Shown here: in pieces, positions 13,739-25,086 of the stretch | Layout: every line of letters begins with the position of its first letter | Position numbering within the stretch: the stretch's first letter is position 1 | From: Phoronis australis | Taxonomy: Eukaryota > Animalia > Phoronida | Length of the DNA: 64,000 nt | NCBI GenBank assembly: GCA_002633005.1 | Contig: NMRA01000265.1 | Location: 302,906-366,905 of the forward strand | Reading direction: 5' to 3' | Position numbers and translations under genes: made by a program | Notes under the pieces: model-generated | The model's database searches: none | Told to the model about the DNA's origin: nothing | What the model saw: the letters and a program-made list of their open reading frames with translations, nothing else

Positions 13739-13968
13739 CATGCGCGCACCCAGCCTAAAAATGTGGGACCGTTTACTAAAATTAACGGGGTACTTTCAGA
13801 GCTATGAATTGTGCATTCGCCGAATTTTGGTAGTTCTTGTCTTTTTAGCGGACTTTTGTTTAGTTTTCTACTGTTTAGGAGTTTTTGTTTTTCTGAGGCT
13901 GACCTTTTTGCCGACTTCGCGAAATGGGGGGCTCGTTCGAGCCCGAGTCAACCCTGGGTGCGCGCGTG
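13739..13968. mobile_element. MITE family B copy 2
   Basis: CATGCGCGCACCCAG...CTGGGTGCGCGCGTG with a perfect 5-bp TSD AGTGG (13734-13738, 13969-13973). Confidence 0.8.
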
Positions 13969-15626
13969 AGTGGTGAATTCATAGGCTCGCGTAGCACTGG
14001 TCAGAAATGTGCTGTAGGTGAGTGAGAGACAGGACCGGGTGTTCCTCTTTTGGTAATGAAGTTCTCATAGAAATAAATAGGAATAGTGAACAAAATACGC
14101 GTTTAAATGCATGCATGAGCTGAAGACTCGTATTGTGTATACGCAATAAAAGTGTATGTGGGTATCGGAGGAACGCCAAATGTGGAATCAATATATTCAT
14201 GTTGTGAAAGATTAAGTTTATATTTATTTTCCAGTTTAACAAAATGTTCCCGACATCGCCAACATGTAATCAAATAAACATTAAGTTAAATAAACAGATA
14301 TAAATAATAGCAATAAATAAGCCACTAATCTTCTACGTCTACGTTTAGTTGCTACTGTAATTTGATATTTCATTTATTTTTTTCTCCACTGGACATCAAG
14401 TCCGTCACACTCTAAAAGTCAGGATTGACATTGAAAACAGAAATCGTTTGAATTTGCTTGATTTAATTAGAAGCTGTCCGGGTTCAAAATTCGAGAGAAT
14501 TCAGTGGAGCCCGTTATACCGACAACTTCGAACAACAGTAAACGGACACATGTGCTTCTTTGGTAATTTTGAGACGGTAGTTCGGCTACAGATGTGTACA
14601 ATGAAGCTCAGTAGATAGCACGTGTCTTAGAAAACAAACAAATGCATGAATGCTATTCACAAAACTGCAATATTTGATTACACAGCCAACATGTGCATCC
14701 AGTAGATACGAGTAGGGGCGCTAATAACTATCTATATAAATTAACAAAATAAATAAGTACACAATAAAGGACTCAAGTAGCTTGGATTGATAAAATGCTG
14801 CCTCCGTTCTGTCTATAGTTTCTTAGCGCACCTTCTTTTCGTGCCTTATAACAGTAACATCGACACAAAAATAGCTTGCATTGGTAAGCGGCTCAAAGGC
14901 GGATATCTTGATAAGGATAAATGAGAAATAAAAATAACATAACAGCAAAACAATCAGTTGCCAAGATGGCATAATTATGTCTAAACGAAAATAAAACATT
15001 AGTACGCTAGATTCAACCACTTAGATGTTAGAAGGTATGTGAGATTCAATTAAAAGACTTTCAATGATCAACGGATTTTCAACTCTTCAAGATGTCACTT
15101 CAAAGCAACAGAAAAACAATACGCCACAGACTGTCAGCCAAAAGCAGACAAACTCTTGTTCAAGAACTGGGTTAAGACCGTTGGACCACCACCCTACCTT
15201 CAGTTACTAGGTAACCACACCGTTTGGTCCACGAGTAGGCACGCCCGGAACTACAACGCAACAGGTCGTGGAAATCTGCGACATTTTGAAAGTCCGCAAG
15301 AAAATAATTCATAAAGCGACAGCAGTTGACGAGAAAGGGGAACGGGAGACGTTCTCAAAAGCGGAGCTGGTCGCATGACATTGCTACCGATCTCCAATAA
15401 CTAACTGGATGATGTCATGTGTTCTTGTCTGAAAGTACCTAATGTGGTTACATGTGGAGATAATACGCGCTTGTGTTGGCTTACGAAGTAAAGGCCCCAC
15501 TGTGCTGCGGTAGCTAAAGCGCCATCTTTTGACTGACAGTTAGATCCATTTGAGATCGCAACCAGCGCTTGTTCGGGATGGAATAAACGATAATCTGGAA
15601 TGCTCGCAAACAAAGACTTTGCTGAG

Positions 15627-15719
15627 TTAGTAGCAATGCTTTCCAAATCGACTCGGTGTCCTCATAATCATATTGACGTTCACGCAACGGCCGGTGCAGC
15701 ATTGCCGGTCTTCAGTGCA
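15627..15719 (-). CDS. ICK/knottin peptide precursor, last coding exon (CTEDRQCCTGRCVNVNMIMRTPSRFGKHCY*)
   Basis: Acceptor TTTTTTTTATTATTTCCAG| followed in phase 0 by 30 codons with 5 Cys, then TAA; completes a 6-Cys framework with the upstream exon. Confidence 0.8.
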   Translation of the reverse strand, partial: CTEDRQCCTGRCVNVNMIMRTPSRFGKHCY

Positions 15720-17187
15720 CTGGAAATAATAAAAAAAACATCAGAGTGATAAATGGTTAGGCCAAAAATAGTATAATTGACTCTGGTCTGCCTCAGACTC
15801 AAACACGTGCCTATTTACTGATATAACCGCAGCAAATGGAGGGTGCACGGCGCATGTTCCCTAATCCACCAATAGGTGTCGCATACGTCAGTTTCGTTCT
15901 GCATTATCCCAGATCAGGGCAGTGAAAGTGATTATGTCCGGGTGCACAGGATTATCAGGGGCGGATCCAAGATTTTGAGTTGGGGGGGCAGGGCACAGGA
16001 ATAACCAGAATTTCGGGAGATTCGCGCGCCCAGCCTAAAATGTAGGGATGCAGGGGTCTCGAATTTTTTAGTTTGCGGACCTTTTGACTAAAAGAACAGG
16101 GTTTGTTCAGTGCCTATGCATTATTTATTCACCCCCCGAGCTTATCATAAACAAACTTTCGCAACTTTCCGTAAGTTGACTAATTAGCTCAAATAAAGTT
16201 TCATATACCTTTCACTTCCGGTTCTCTGTTTGAGCCAACTGAAACAAATAGAATGAAACAAGTGTACTTACTCTGAGGAAACGTGGAGTGCACGTAATTA
16301 TAAGTTTTCTGCATTTGCCTCCCATACACTTCGACTGTCGTTCACAGCAGTCTTGGCTTGTATTGCACTAAAACAATTAAGAACAGAAATTGTAGTCGAC
16401 AAAAGTAAGTCTCCCATAATGCGAGGTAAATATCTGTTATTGTATCTACATTCTGTTCCTTTTTACACCAATTCATGAACAATTGCACTCACGAACTTCA
16501 AGATCTTTCTACAGAAGGACTTCACTTCAAGAAGACAGAAACACTTGGCACCCTGTGATAACGATTTGCGAATGTCGTTGTGAACAATACTGCACAGGTC
16601 TTTGACAGCCAATTTGATATTAGATGACTGTTGGCTGGGAATTTTGCGATTTCTACTGCGTGAGCAAGCTACGAGTGATATTAATTTGAAGTTCAGTATG
16701 AATGAAAAAAGATACAACAGTCAACATTTTTGTCCACCTGCTAGCTTGACTTTTAGGGACCTACTAGAACAGTTTCTTTGAAAATCGAGGTTGACCCCTT
16801 TTGACATCCTACATATAGATCCACCGTTTTTTTATCTCTATACCAGATATCTATGAAAGAATCCTACCAAGATAAAAAACTGCGGTGTCTCTTTCTTGAA
16901 CAATGTTCGAAAAATCCATGGCAACTTTCCTGGAAATATCTTAGCATACATGTGCAAATTTAGGTGAGATGGCACTATTTTCTCAATTTGACATCTTTGA
17001 AAGAACCGGTAAACCATTTCAACAGACAGGTTTCTCTTACAGTCACCAAGCTATCGGCAAAGGGAAACCTTCTTGTTGAGACATATACAAAAGCCCATGT
17101 CTGAACGAGGGCACTTCTCTACTTAATCGAACGCATAGATACTTAACCGGTAAAATTTGGTCTCTTTCAGAAATTCCTTGTAGTCAG

Positions 17188-17259
17188 ACACGGGCGCCGC
17201 ACCATAGGGGGCTGGAGGGGGTCTATAGCCCCACTTTTTTCAGTGCTGCGCCGCCCATG
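17188..17259. repeat. Short GC-rich MITE-like repeat
   Basis: CACGGGCGCCGCAC...TGCGCCGCCCATG inverted ends; related sequence at about 47622-47760. Confidence 0.55.
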
Positions 17260-18335
17260 AATTGTGACGAAACTCCTTTTGATCAAAACCCTATTGGAGT
17301 TTGTGCAGGGTTTTTGAAGTCCTTTGCCCAACATACTCCTCATGTTTTCAGAATTTGTATAACACGTGGAGAGACAAGTAAATTTGTATTTCAATACCCA
17401 AACCAGCAAAACCTCTCGAGTATTGCCCACGGACTCGGCACGTGATTCAGGATCTTTGTCGGCCTAAGTAGATTGTAAAACTAAGATTTAGACAACTGAG
17501 GTGAACAAAAATAAGGAATCTACAGTGACCAAACATTTAGACTACCTAGAACTGCTACAATACTGTGAAAAATTATCAGTGGAGGATTTGGGGGGCAAGG
17601 GGACATGGCTCCCCCTAAAATTCTCCCACATTTCATTTGGCAGTTCGGGATGCGAAAGTATGACGGGCAAAATCCTAAGGTCTCTACAGCCTTTTTAAAT
17701 GCGAAAGCCACAACAATTATCGGGTTCGTGAAGTAACCCGACTTTCTAGAATTAATCTGGAAGTCAATACAGCCAGGAACGTCACTGTGTTTACGTCTTA
17801 CAGGAGGCCGACTGCGCGCTGGAGGCTTGGACAAGGCTACTGTACCAAGCATGCAGCCCCTCCTGACTACTTCTTACAGAAATGTCTTGCATGTAGTTAA
17901 CACGTTTGTTTTAATGTTAATCCTTTTACCCACTGTCGCCTTGAGAAGATAAAAATTCTGAACATTAATAACACAAATTCACCCACACAAATCGCAGTAA
18001 TAATGAGCAGTGCAGGCAAAGGCGTTATGACGTCATACAGAGCACGAGCACCACAGATGACATGATTGACTGCATAGTTTGTCAAGTATTCTCTTGTGTC
18101 ATTACGACAATTGTCGATAAACTGGCAATGATTCCGCCAATGTAATATACGACATCACGTGCTTAATTGTTTAAGCGCAATTGAGAATTAACGAGACACT
18201 AGGGGAAGAAGACAATTTAACATCAGTCGGTAGCCAGGAACACAACTTACAGGTGTAATTTGTAGCAGTATAATTTTGTACCGGTGCCTAAAGAGGTTCA
18301 GATAAAGCAGGTCCTTTTTATGTGTCACTATCAAT

Positions 18336-18642
18336 CCTGCCTTCCATTCAGTAACGCTAGGACCTCGCTAAAAAGCAAGACTTCGCGAGATTACGTGAGA
18401 TATTGCCGTGTATTTCAAATGAGAACATGTGACTCTGGCTAGATTTTAGCTGGGTCCTAGCGTAGGTCCTAGCGTAGGTCCTAGCGTAGGTCCTAGCGTT
18501 ACTGAACGCACACCAAACGCTAGGACCTAGCTAAAATCTAGTCAAAGTCACGTGCTCTCATTTAAAATGCACAGCAATATCTCACGTAATCTCGCGAAGT
18601 CTTGCTTCAACGAGGTCCTAACGTTACTGAACGGGAGGCTGG
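18336..18642. repeat. Family C inverted dimer with internal 12-bp tandem repeats
   Basis: Starts CCTGCCTTCCATTCAGTAACG and ends CGTTACTGAACGGGAGGCTGG; GTCCTAGCGTAG repeated about 4 times near 18454-18498. Confidence 0.75.
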
Positions 18643-18752
18643 TGTACTGCTGAGTCTTGTTAAAGGGAAACACGACCGTGTTTGGTGTTACGTTTAGTGA
18701 AAACAAAGATACCTGCTGTTACTGTCTCGAAATATAGTCTGGGGTTTTGTTG

Positions 18753-19334
18753 CTCGCTGGTTCCCTACGTGCTTAGCCAGCCATACGCAGGTATCACGTA
18801 GTAGCACGGGCTTTTGCATTGGTTGATGTAACCTCAGCAGTCATTGGTTAGCTTTACAACAATATGAGAAAATGGCGGGCTATGAACGATTTTTAACCTT
18901 GTCATGCAAGTGGCGTAGCAGCAAATATTTCGTTTCTGCAGTAATGTTTAATAACCGCGTGCTTGTAGTACATACATGTACAATAAACACATATCTGGCC
19001 GATTTAACCAGTGTGTTATCATTCATGTTGTATGAATAGAGGACAGTTTTGGAAACAAAAGTCATCGACAGTAGAAAGATGCACTCAGAAAAGGCGCAAC
19101 CACAATTTATTGGATTCACATTTCCTGAACATAAATTTTAAGCACCGATTTGTCTGTACAATAGACCACATAGTACACTTCCTCTATCAATCATGCCAGT
19201 TTGTTTGCGTAAAGCGCTGCCTGTTGAGAATTCGACCAACCAATCAGAAACGCCGGTGTAAAAAAATTCCCAAGGAAAATTAAGTAATGCCAGCGTGCTG
19301 GCTACCACCTAGCGGCACGCAGGAAATCGGTGAA
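18753..19334. mobile_element. MITE family A copy 2 (in ICK gene intron)
   Basis: CTCGCTGGTTCCCTACGTG left end; flanks GGGTTTTGTTG / GGGTTTTATTG (10-11 bp TSD, 1 mismatch). Confidence 0.8.
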
Positions 19335-19455
19335 GGGTTTTATTGACGCTCCCGGGACTGAACTCAAGGGAAAAACCTCGACGTAATTTGCTGACCTGCT
19401 CGAGTACCGCACGTGCTGATAAGCGCGTTCGGGTGTGGCGTTGGTAAAAACTTAC

Positions 19456-19554
19456 CGGGCCGAATGTAGGTGAGCATGAGCTGGCTGGGACCATTTTTGC
19501 AGAGACCAGAGCGAGGCATAAAATGACACCGTAAATCAGTACGCTGTTCTTCAT
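19456..19554 (-). CDS. ICK/knottin peptide precursor, first coding exon (signal peptide plus Cys1)
   Basis: MKNSVLIYGVILCLALVSAKMVPASSCSPTFGP: basic n-region, hydrophobic core and V-S-A cleavage motif. Acceptor TTTTATTCCAG| 7 nt upstream of the ATG (exon starts 19561); phase-0 donor CCG|GTAAGT. Confidence 0.8.
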
Positions 19555-20109
19555 TCTTGAACTGGAATAAAACAAAGTAGGTCAGCGTTAGACTAAAAAC
19601 GTTTTGATCTGTAGTTGTTTTGAAGATTGGCCACGATGCGTTATTATTTCACCTGGTATCAGCTAAAGCGGTGCGACCATGTTTTTTTTCAGCTCAAGCC
19701 AGCTTCAGTGACGAAGCGGGCGTGACTAGCTGCACTGGAGTCGACCATGGGAATGACGTGACTGGTTGTACCGGGGAATCTTTGAAAGAGCTTCCACCAC
19801 CAAGAAGCCCTCACGGGAATAAGGGTCGCTATGCATGTCTGGTAAATTTGTGAGCCAGGTTGCATTGTTTTACAATTTTTAAATGTCTTATAAATTTTGA
19901 CATTTCAAGTTGACCATTTGTCAACACAAACGTCATCAGACTTCTGCTATAGTAACAAGTTATTTTTAATTCCATCTCAACATGCAAATGTTTCTAGAAA
20001 AACTTCAATGCCCAGTGCTTGTCAACCGGTACTCTACCCATCCGTCGAAGTTGTTTGTGAATGAATTACAAATTTCGCCAAAAATGCACTGCCCTGGATT
20101 TTGAGGTTT

Positions 20110-20120
20110 ATACTTACCTG
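20110..20120 (-). other. Perfect-consensus 5' splice site (candidate upstream non-coding exon of ICK gene)
   Basis: Minus strand reads CAG|GTAAGTAT, 11/11 complementary to the U1 5' end; 556 nt upstream of the acceptor of the signal-peptide exon. Confidence 0.5.
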
Positions 20121-23100
20121 ACTCACGGCAATTCTTGTTATGATAAGGATTTGTTGCAATTAAAAGGAAGGAAACACATTTTTCGTTGAATGTGTATATA
20201 ACGTACTACGGGTGAACGAAAATACCATGTAATTTACAAGAATAACATCGACTTCCCGTACGAAAGAAAAAACTACGACAAAACACATCTTCAGGGCGTT
20301 GACACGATCGTATAGTGTCGTTGCTTTTTAGGGACTTCAGATGCACATTAGGTGACATTCTGATGTTGATTTCCGTTCGATAAAAGCGCCGTCAGGAGAT
20401 ATCTAAGCCTATTCAAAATATTTTAATTATATCCAGTTGCTTGCCTTTAGTTCAAAATAGCTGAAGTTAGGTTCAGTTTGGCGGCTGTGTTTTGTTGCAT
20501 TTTACATGTAACACATTGAAAGCGTTTCACTGTACAAAATCCGTGCCTAATGCGCAGGACTCGCAAATCGGCGGCCATAAACCACGGCACAACGATAGGT
20601 GAAACCGACAGAGGGCGACGCTATTTTCTTAGGAATCAGTCAGTAGTATAGACTGGAAGCTCCGCAATGTCGGTAGGAGAGTACACGTGTGAGCTTTTTT
20701 CAGAAATTTTGAATTCAATGTTTTCACATGGCGCACCTGTATTTAGAGTGATAATGTCCATCGCTGATCTAGCTGCGAGCACGTGTGAATACCGTAAACT
20801 TCCACCATACAACTGAATTTTCGAGGGAAACACGTGGTTTCGGCTTTTTAAAACACCATGCTCGCCATTTTCAACGTTACAGCACATTTTTTAAATTATT
20901 AATTCATTACATAGAATAGTGTTCGTCAACCAATATCTTATCAACTTAGGGTATTACTTATACCAGCGTGGGCATGGCATATTGAGGGAAAACAGAGGGC
21001 AAATAAAGGCTAGGCTTTATATTTCATTATAAGCCTAGAGCTTTCTACTCGAAGTTGCAGTTTTTAAACGTTCACAGTAAATGTATTATTTCACTCTATC
21101 ATAAGTCTCTGACTTCCAGATATCGTCTCAAGGGACGCTGAGGGCTCAGGCAGCTGTTTTCATCACTTGGTATCTAAGTACCCATTATTCGGGATACTAA
21201 AGTATATTACATTGTTATGATGCATTTTGACTGCGCAGGTTGAGGCACGCCCCTATTCATTGTTTTGTAGAGAATACCGAGCGGCGAAGGTGTAGTTAAC
21301 CCTGGAGTTAAACAATAGGAAGTTCCTGTGGTTAGGCGAACACTAACCCATTGTTGTACACTGATAAAGGTGTGTGTCTTTGGGCTACCGAGCAAGGCAA
21401 CTATCTCGCCCTTCTACGGCACTTCTGTTGTCATCGTTCTACCACTCAGCGACTTCACTTTTCTACTCTTGATACTGCAAAGCCTACGCGTCTGCAATAT
21501 AAGCTTGCTGAATGCAACGAGTACTTCAGAAGTCACAAGGAGTAGGTGAAATGATAGAACAGTGTGTATATGTTTCCACACCTAACCAATCGAACAAACT
21601 TTCAAGAGCTGTGTCTGACTAAGTGCGATTCATAAGCGGTCATAACCCAAGTTATATAACAAAACGATTTTTGATTCAGACCACTTTCCGTTACGAAATT
21701 GGTTTCAAAAAGTTCAGTCCTAAGAAAAATTAGAGGTGATTTCAATACTTCGAATGAACTAACAGTTATTGTTTAAGACCAGACTCTACAACTTGAGTTG
21801 TCACGCCGTCTTCGTCAGCGAATCATGAAATGTCAGTTTTTCTCCTCATCTGATTAAGGGACAAATTTTAAAGGAAAAGTTCGTTTCTTGTACATTTAAT
21901 GATTTTACGGTGGCCATTAGTCCACTGGGAACGGTTAAAAAACATTGCTTAGTACAACAACTCTACATGCTTGGCTAATTCCAGTATAATTCCATAAATT
22001 CTCAAGCAAAGTGTAGACTTGTCACGACACTTCGTCATTATGTAAGCACGAAGTTGGCCAATTTTTACTTGTGTTAATCACAAACAGACTGATTTCTTTT
22101 CAAAAATACATTATTAACATGATTCAGTTGAACGTAGCCGTTGTTTTGACATCAGACAATTGATTGTCTGACTTAACCACTTTGACATACAGGAGTGGTA
22201 ACGGTAACTATTCGAACTCCCGAGTGCTTTTAAAGTTGACTGCATGACTTTCCAATTCAGAATTCATTTCCCGCGTTTGAGACAGAATACTTGTAAATCA
22301 CTATCCATACTCCAACTTTTAGTATACCCCTTGGTATATCATGGTTGGAGAGCAGTGTTGTAGTGGGACGTAGGCGCACGTAGACGCAGCCAACCACCTT
22401 TTGGATTTGAACGTAGCGTCTACGCACCGTAAGTTATGTTTAGCGTTCAAGGTGATACGGTGGTCTCTGGGCACCTACTTACCTCTAGTTTTACCACTAC
22501 AGCACGGTTGGAGAGTGTAAAAAGGTGGTCCAAAAGTCAAATACGACTCTCGCGAGTCGTTCTAAAATCGGAACACATGAAAACCGCCGGGACATGCTCT
22601 ATTTCTGAATCGACAAATCAATTTTTCGTGGACGATTAATTGACAAGTTGAGATAGTGCTTCTCAGATTTCTGTGCTGTGAACGACCCGGCGATTCGACG
22701 ATGCTTGACACCAAAGAGGCTCGGACGGCCCAGCCATTTTATTCGTTCAGTGTGTTCACAACAAATAATGGCGATCTGCCAAGTCCAGAAATCACTCCTA
22801 TTCGTGTAAGGAACAAGTTGACGCCAGTGTTATTTCGTTAAGTGGCCTAAATCAAAAATTACCTTTGACAGAGGCACGTACTCATTTTTAACAACTGTTT
22901 AAAGCGGCTATAAACATGTTCCTCCATAAAACTTACCTTTAACTCAAACCGCTTATCGTTGCACATTGGATGTCATCAATCAGGTTATTAAGTGATTTCT
23001 GGGCTAGCAAAACTGGTAATTCGTTATGCTCGTTAGATGGCGCTAGAAAGACGTGATTTACCTACCAGGTGACATTCCATAACTAAGGACACCCGTTTCC

Positions 23101-24944
23101 TGAGGCTAAAATACCCACTAGCGATGATGCCCGAGAACGTATAATACTGTCACTTGGGTTTGCAGCACATACCTACTACAGTAACCCTTCACAAATGGGA
23201 GAGCCCCCTCCTCCCACGGAATACATGTAGGTCGCGAATGTAAGCCGAGAAATTTGAGACGGTCGCGCAGATCTGCTAACAAGCACGTGGACGAGACCGT
23301 TGAGGGTTCGTGGGCCAAGCGATTGACTGCTGCCGGGAGCGGTCCGTGAACCGGGGTGCTTAGACCTAATTTTAACAGTTCAATGAGTCATGTACTGTAG
23401 TTGTAAGTGACGATAGTTGATCGTACGTGTGTAAGCTGTTTTTCTCCATGTAGCATGTAATAGAGTGTGTTGACTTGCAATAAATGAAAGTAATTCCTGT
23501 AGAACAATTGACAATAGAGAGACCCCAAACTAGGGAGTGTTTCGTCACAATAGTAGGCCACCTACCCGCTTTGAATTGATATCGGTAAACGCTTTTGATA
23601 AATTGTTATCGCAAGCTGATTCAGCTTTCAAGTCGTGAAAATTCATTATTTGTTGTTTACGAAACTGTTGTGACCTGTTATATTTTTGCCAATTATGTTT
23701 CAAGTATCGCATGATCCACATAAGTGTGACATTTTGTGAAGTGGATATGTTTTGCTATTTCTGAGTTTACACGCAAATCCCGAGCAAAACCAACGCGTTT
23801 CGCTTTTTACGCTTATATTTTGAATTTGTTTAGCTACGGTTGAAAATATGCAGCTTTGACAAACTTTTAGTCCTTTTGCGTAGCCTTTTTGATTGAAAAG
23901 GGACATTTGTGCGTAGATCCAAGCACTGAACACGAAACCATTCGTTGTTTGAGCCAAACACATGATTTACACGTTTATGGTTCCTTGGAAAGCCACGATA
24001 ACGCGTGGACAATAACGTTAGAATTCGTATTTTTTCAACCTGCTCGTATCTCGAGTCCCAGGAACGAAATGCACTGAATAATAGATTTATGAACGACCAG
24101 TTCAGTCGTCCCGTACAGATGCACGATCTGCAGCAGTTGACGACGAATTCCAAACAAAAATTCGATCCAAATTCATAGTCAACCCTACTTTTTGGAAATC
24201 CCTCCAAGTTACGAATAGGGATCGGCAAGACTATTCTTAGGCTACAAGTCATGTGTCCATAATGGTTCAAATCACACCTCTATCAATTACATTTGCGACT
24301 GGAACGTTCCGAAAATTATCATTTACCCCACCGTATAAACAAAAGGAGTGAAAGCTTTCCCCGATCCAAACATATCACTCGCATTTGTGTTGTTTTTTTT
24401 CAAGAAATTACAATTATTTATGATAAACGAGTCGTATCTTTTTAAAAGATAGCTCATTAAAAATTTGCGGTACATCCTTTAATAAACCATTACCGACAAA
24501 ACGCCTGACTAAATGTTTGAAAATAGCATTCTTGCCAAAATATTAGGCCTGAAACGTTTAAGTAACTACTTGAATCAGTGCGACTAATAGTTGTGTATGA
24601 AACAAAGGATTAAATCCTCTAAGAACAAAAGTTTAATCATAGTTAAGAGATCCAGGTCACTACCTAAGTGTAAATTCGCCAATGAAATCAAATAAAATTT
24701 CGACGCTACTTCTAATAAACGTCTAGCACTAGATGTTACACAAGTACAGTGTTTTCAACTTGTGAGTCGCAATTTTGTAAAAATTTTGTGTGTTTAACGA
24801 GTATATCGTATTTTTGTAAAATAATAAAAATGAAGTGACAAATCTTGGGGAAGTACCCAGTCGTCACAATCCTTGCAAAACCACAAACATCGACAAAGTA
24901 TTGTCCCTCGCCAAAGTCGGCTCAAACGAAGCAAGTGCTCTTAC

Positions 24945-25086
24945 CTGTAAATTAGTGTCGTAGCTGTTCTCTCTTTAAAAATTAATTCAAGTCTGACGCG
25001 TGGATAACAATTTTCACAGTTAATCACTATTCAGGTCGTACACTGTTGATGTATGATGAAAGTCGCCTTCTCGGCCCCCCTTTATA
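24945..25086 (-). promoter_or_regulatory. Candidate TATA promoter plus non-coding first exon
   Basis: TATAAA at 25086-25081, TCA initiator-like motif about 30 nt downstream (about 25057), ATG-free stretch of about 110 nt ending in CAG|GTAAG at 24945. Confidence 0.45.

Noticed and set aside
15401-15702. Supplied ORFs 15401-15646 and 15514-15702
   Set aside because: Wrong frames; the third frame gives the Cys-rich exon in phase with the signal-peptide exon.
20110-20120. ATACTTACCTG = 5' end of U1 snRNA
   Set aside because: The following sequence is not U1; better explained as a perfect minus-strand splice donor.
23118-23318. TCIPWEEG...GYCSR as another knottin relic
   Set aside because: Cys spacing does not fit, and the G-rich sequence looks like a MITE terminus.
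23830-24270. Longest ORF (146 aa) with a CCRSCIC cluster
   Set aside because: No recognisable domain, signal peptide or convincing splice context.
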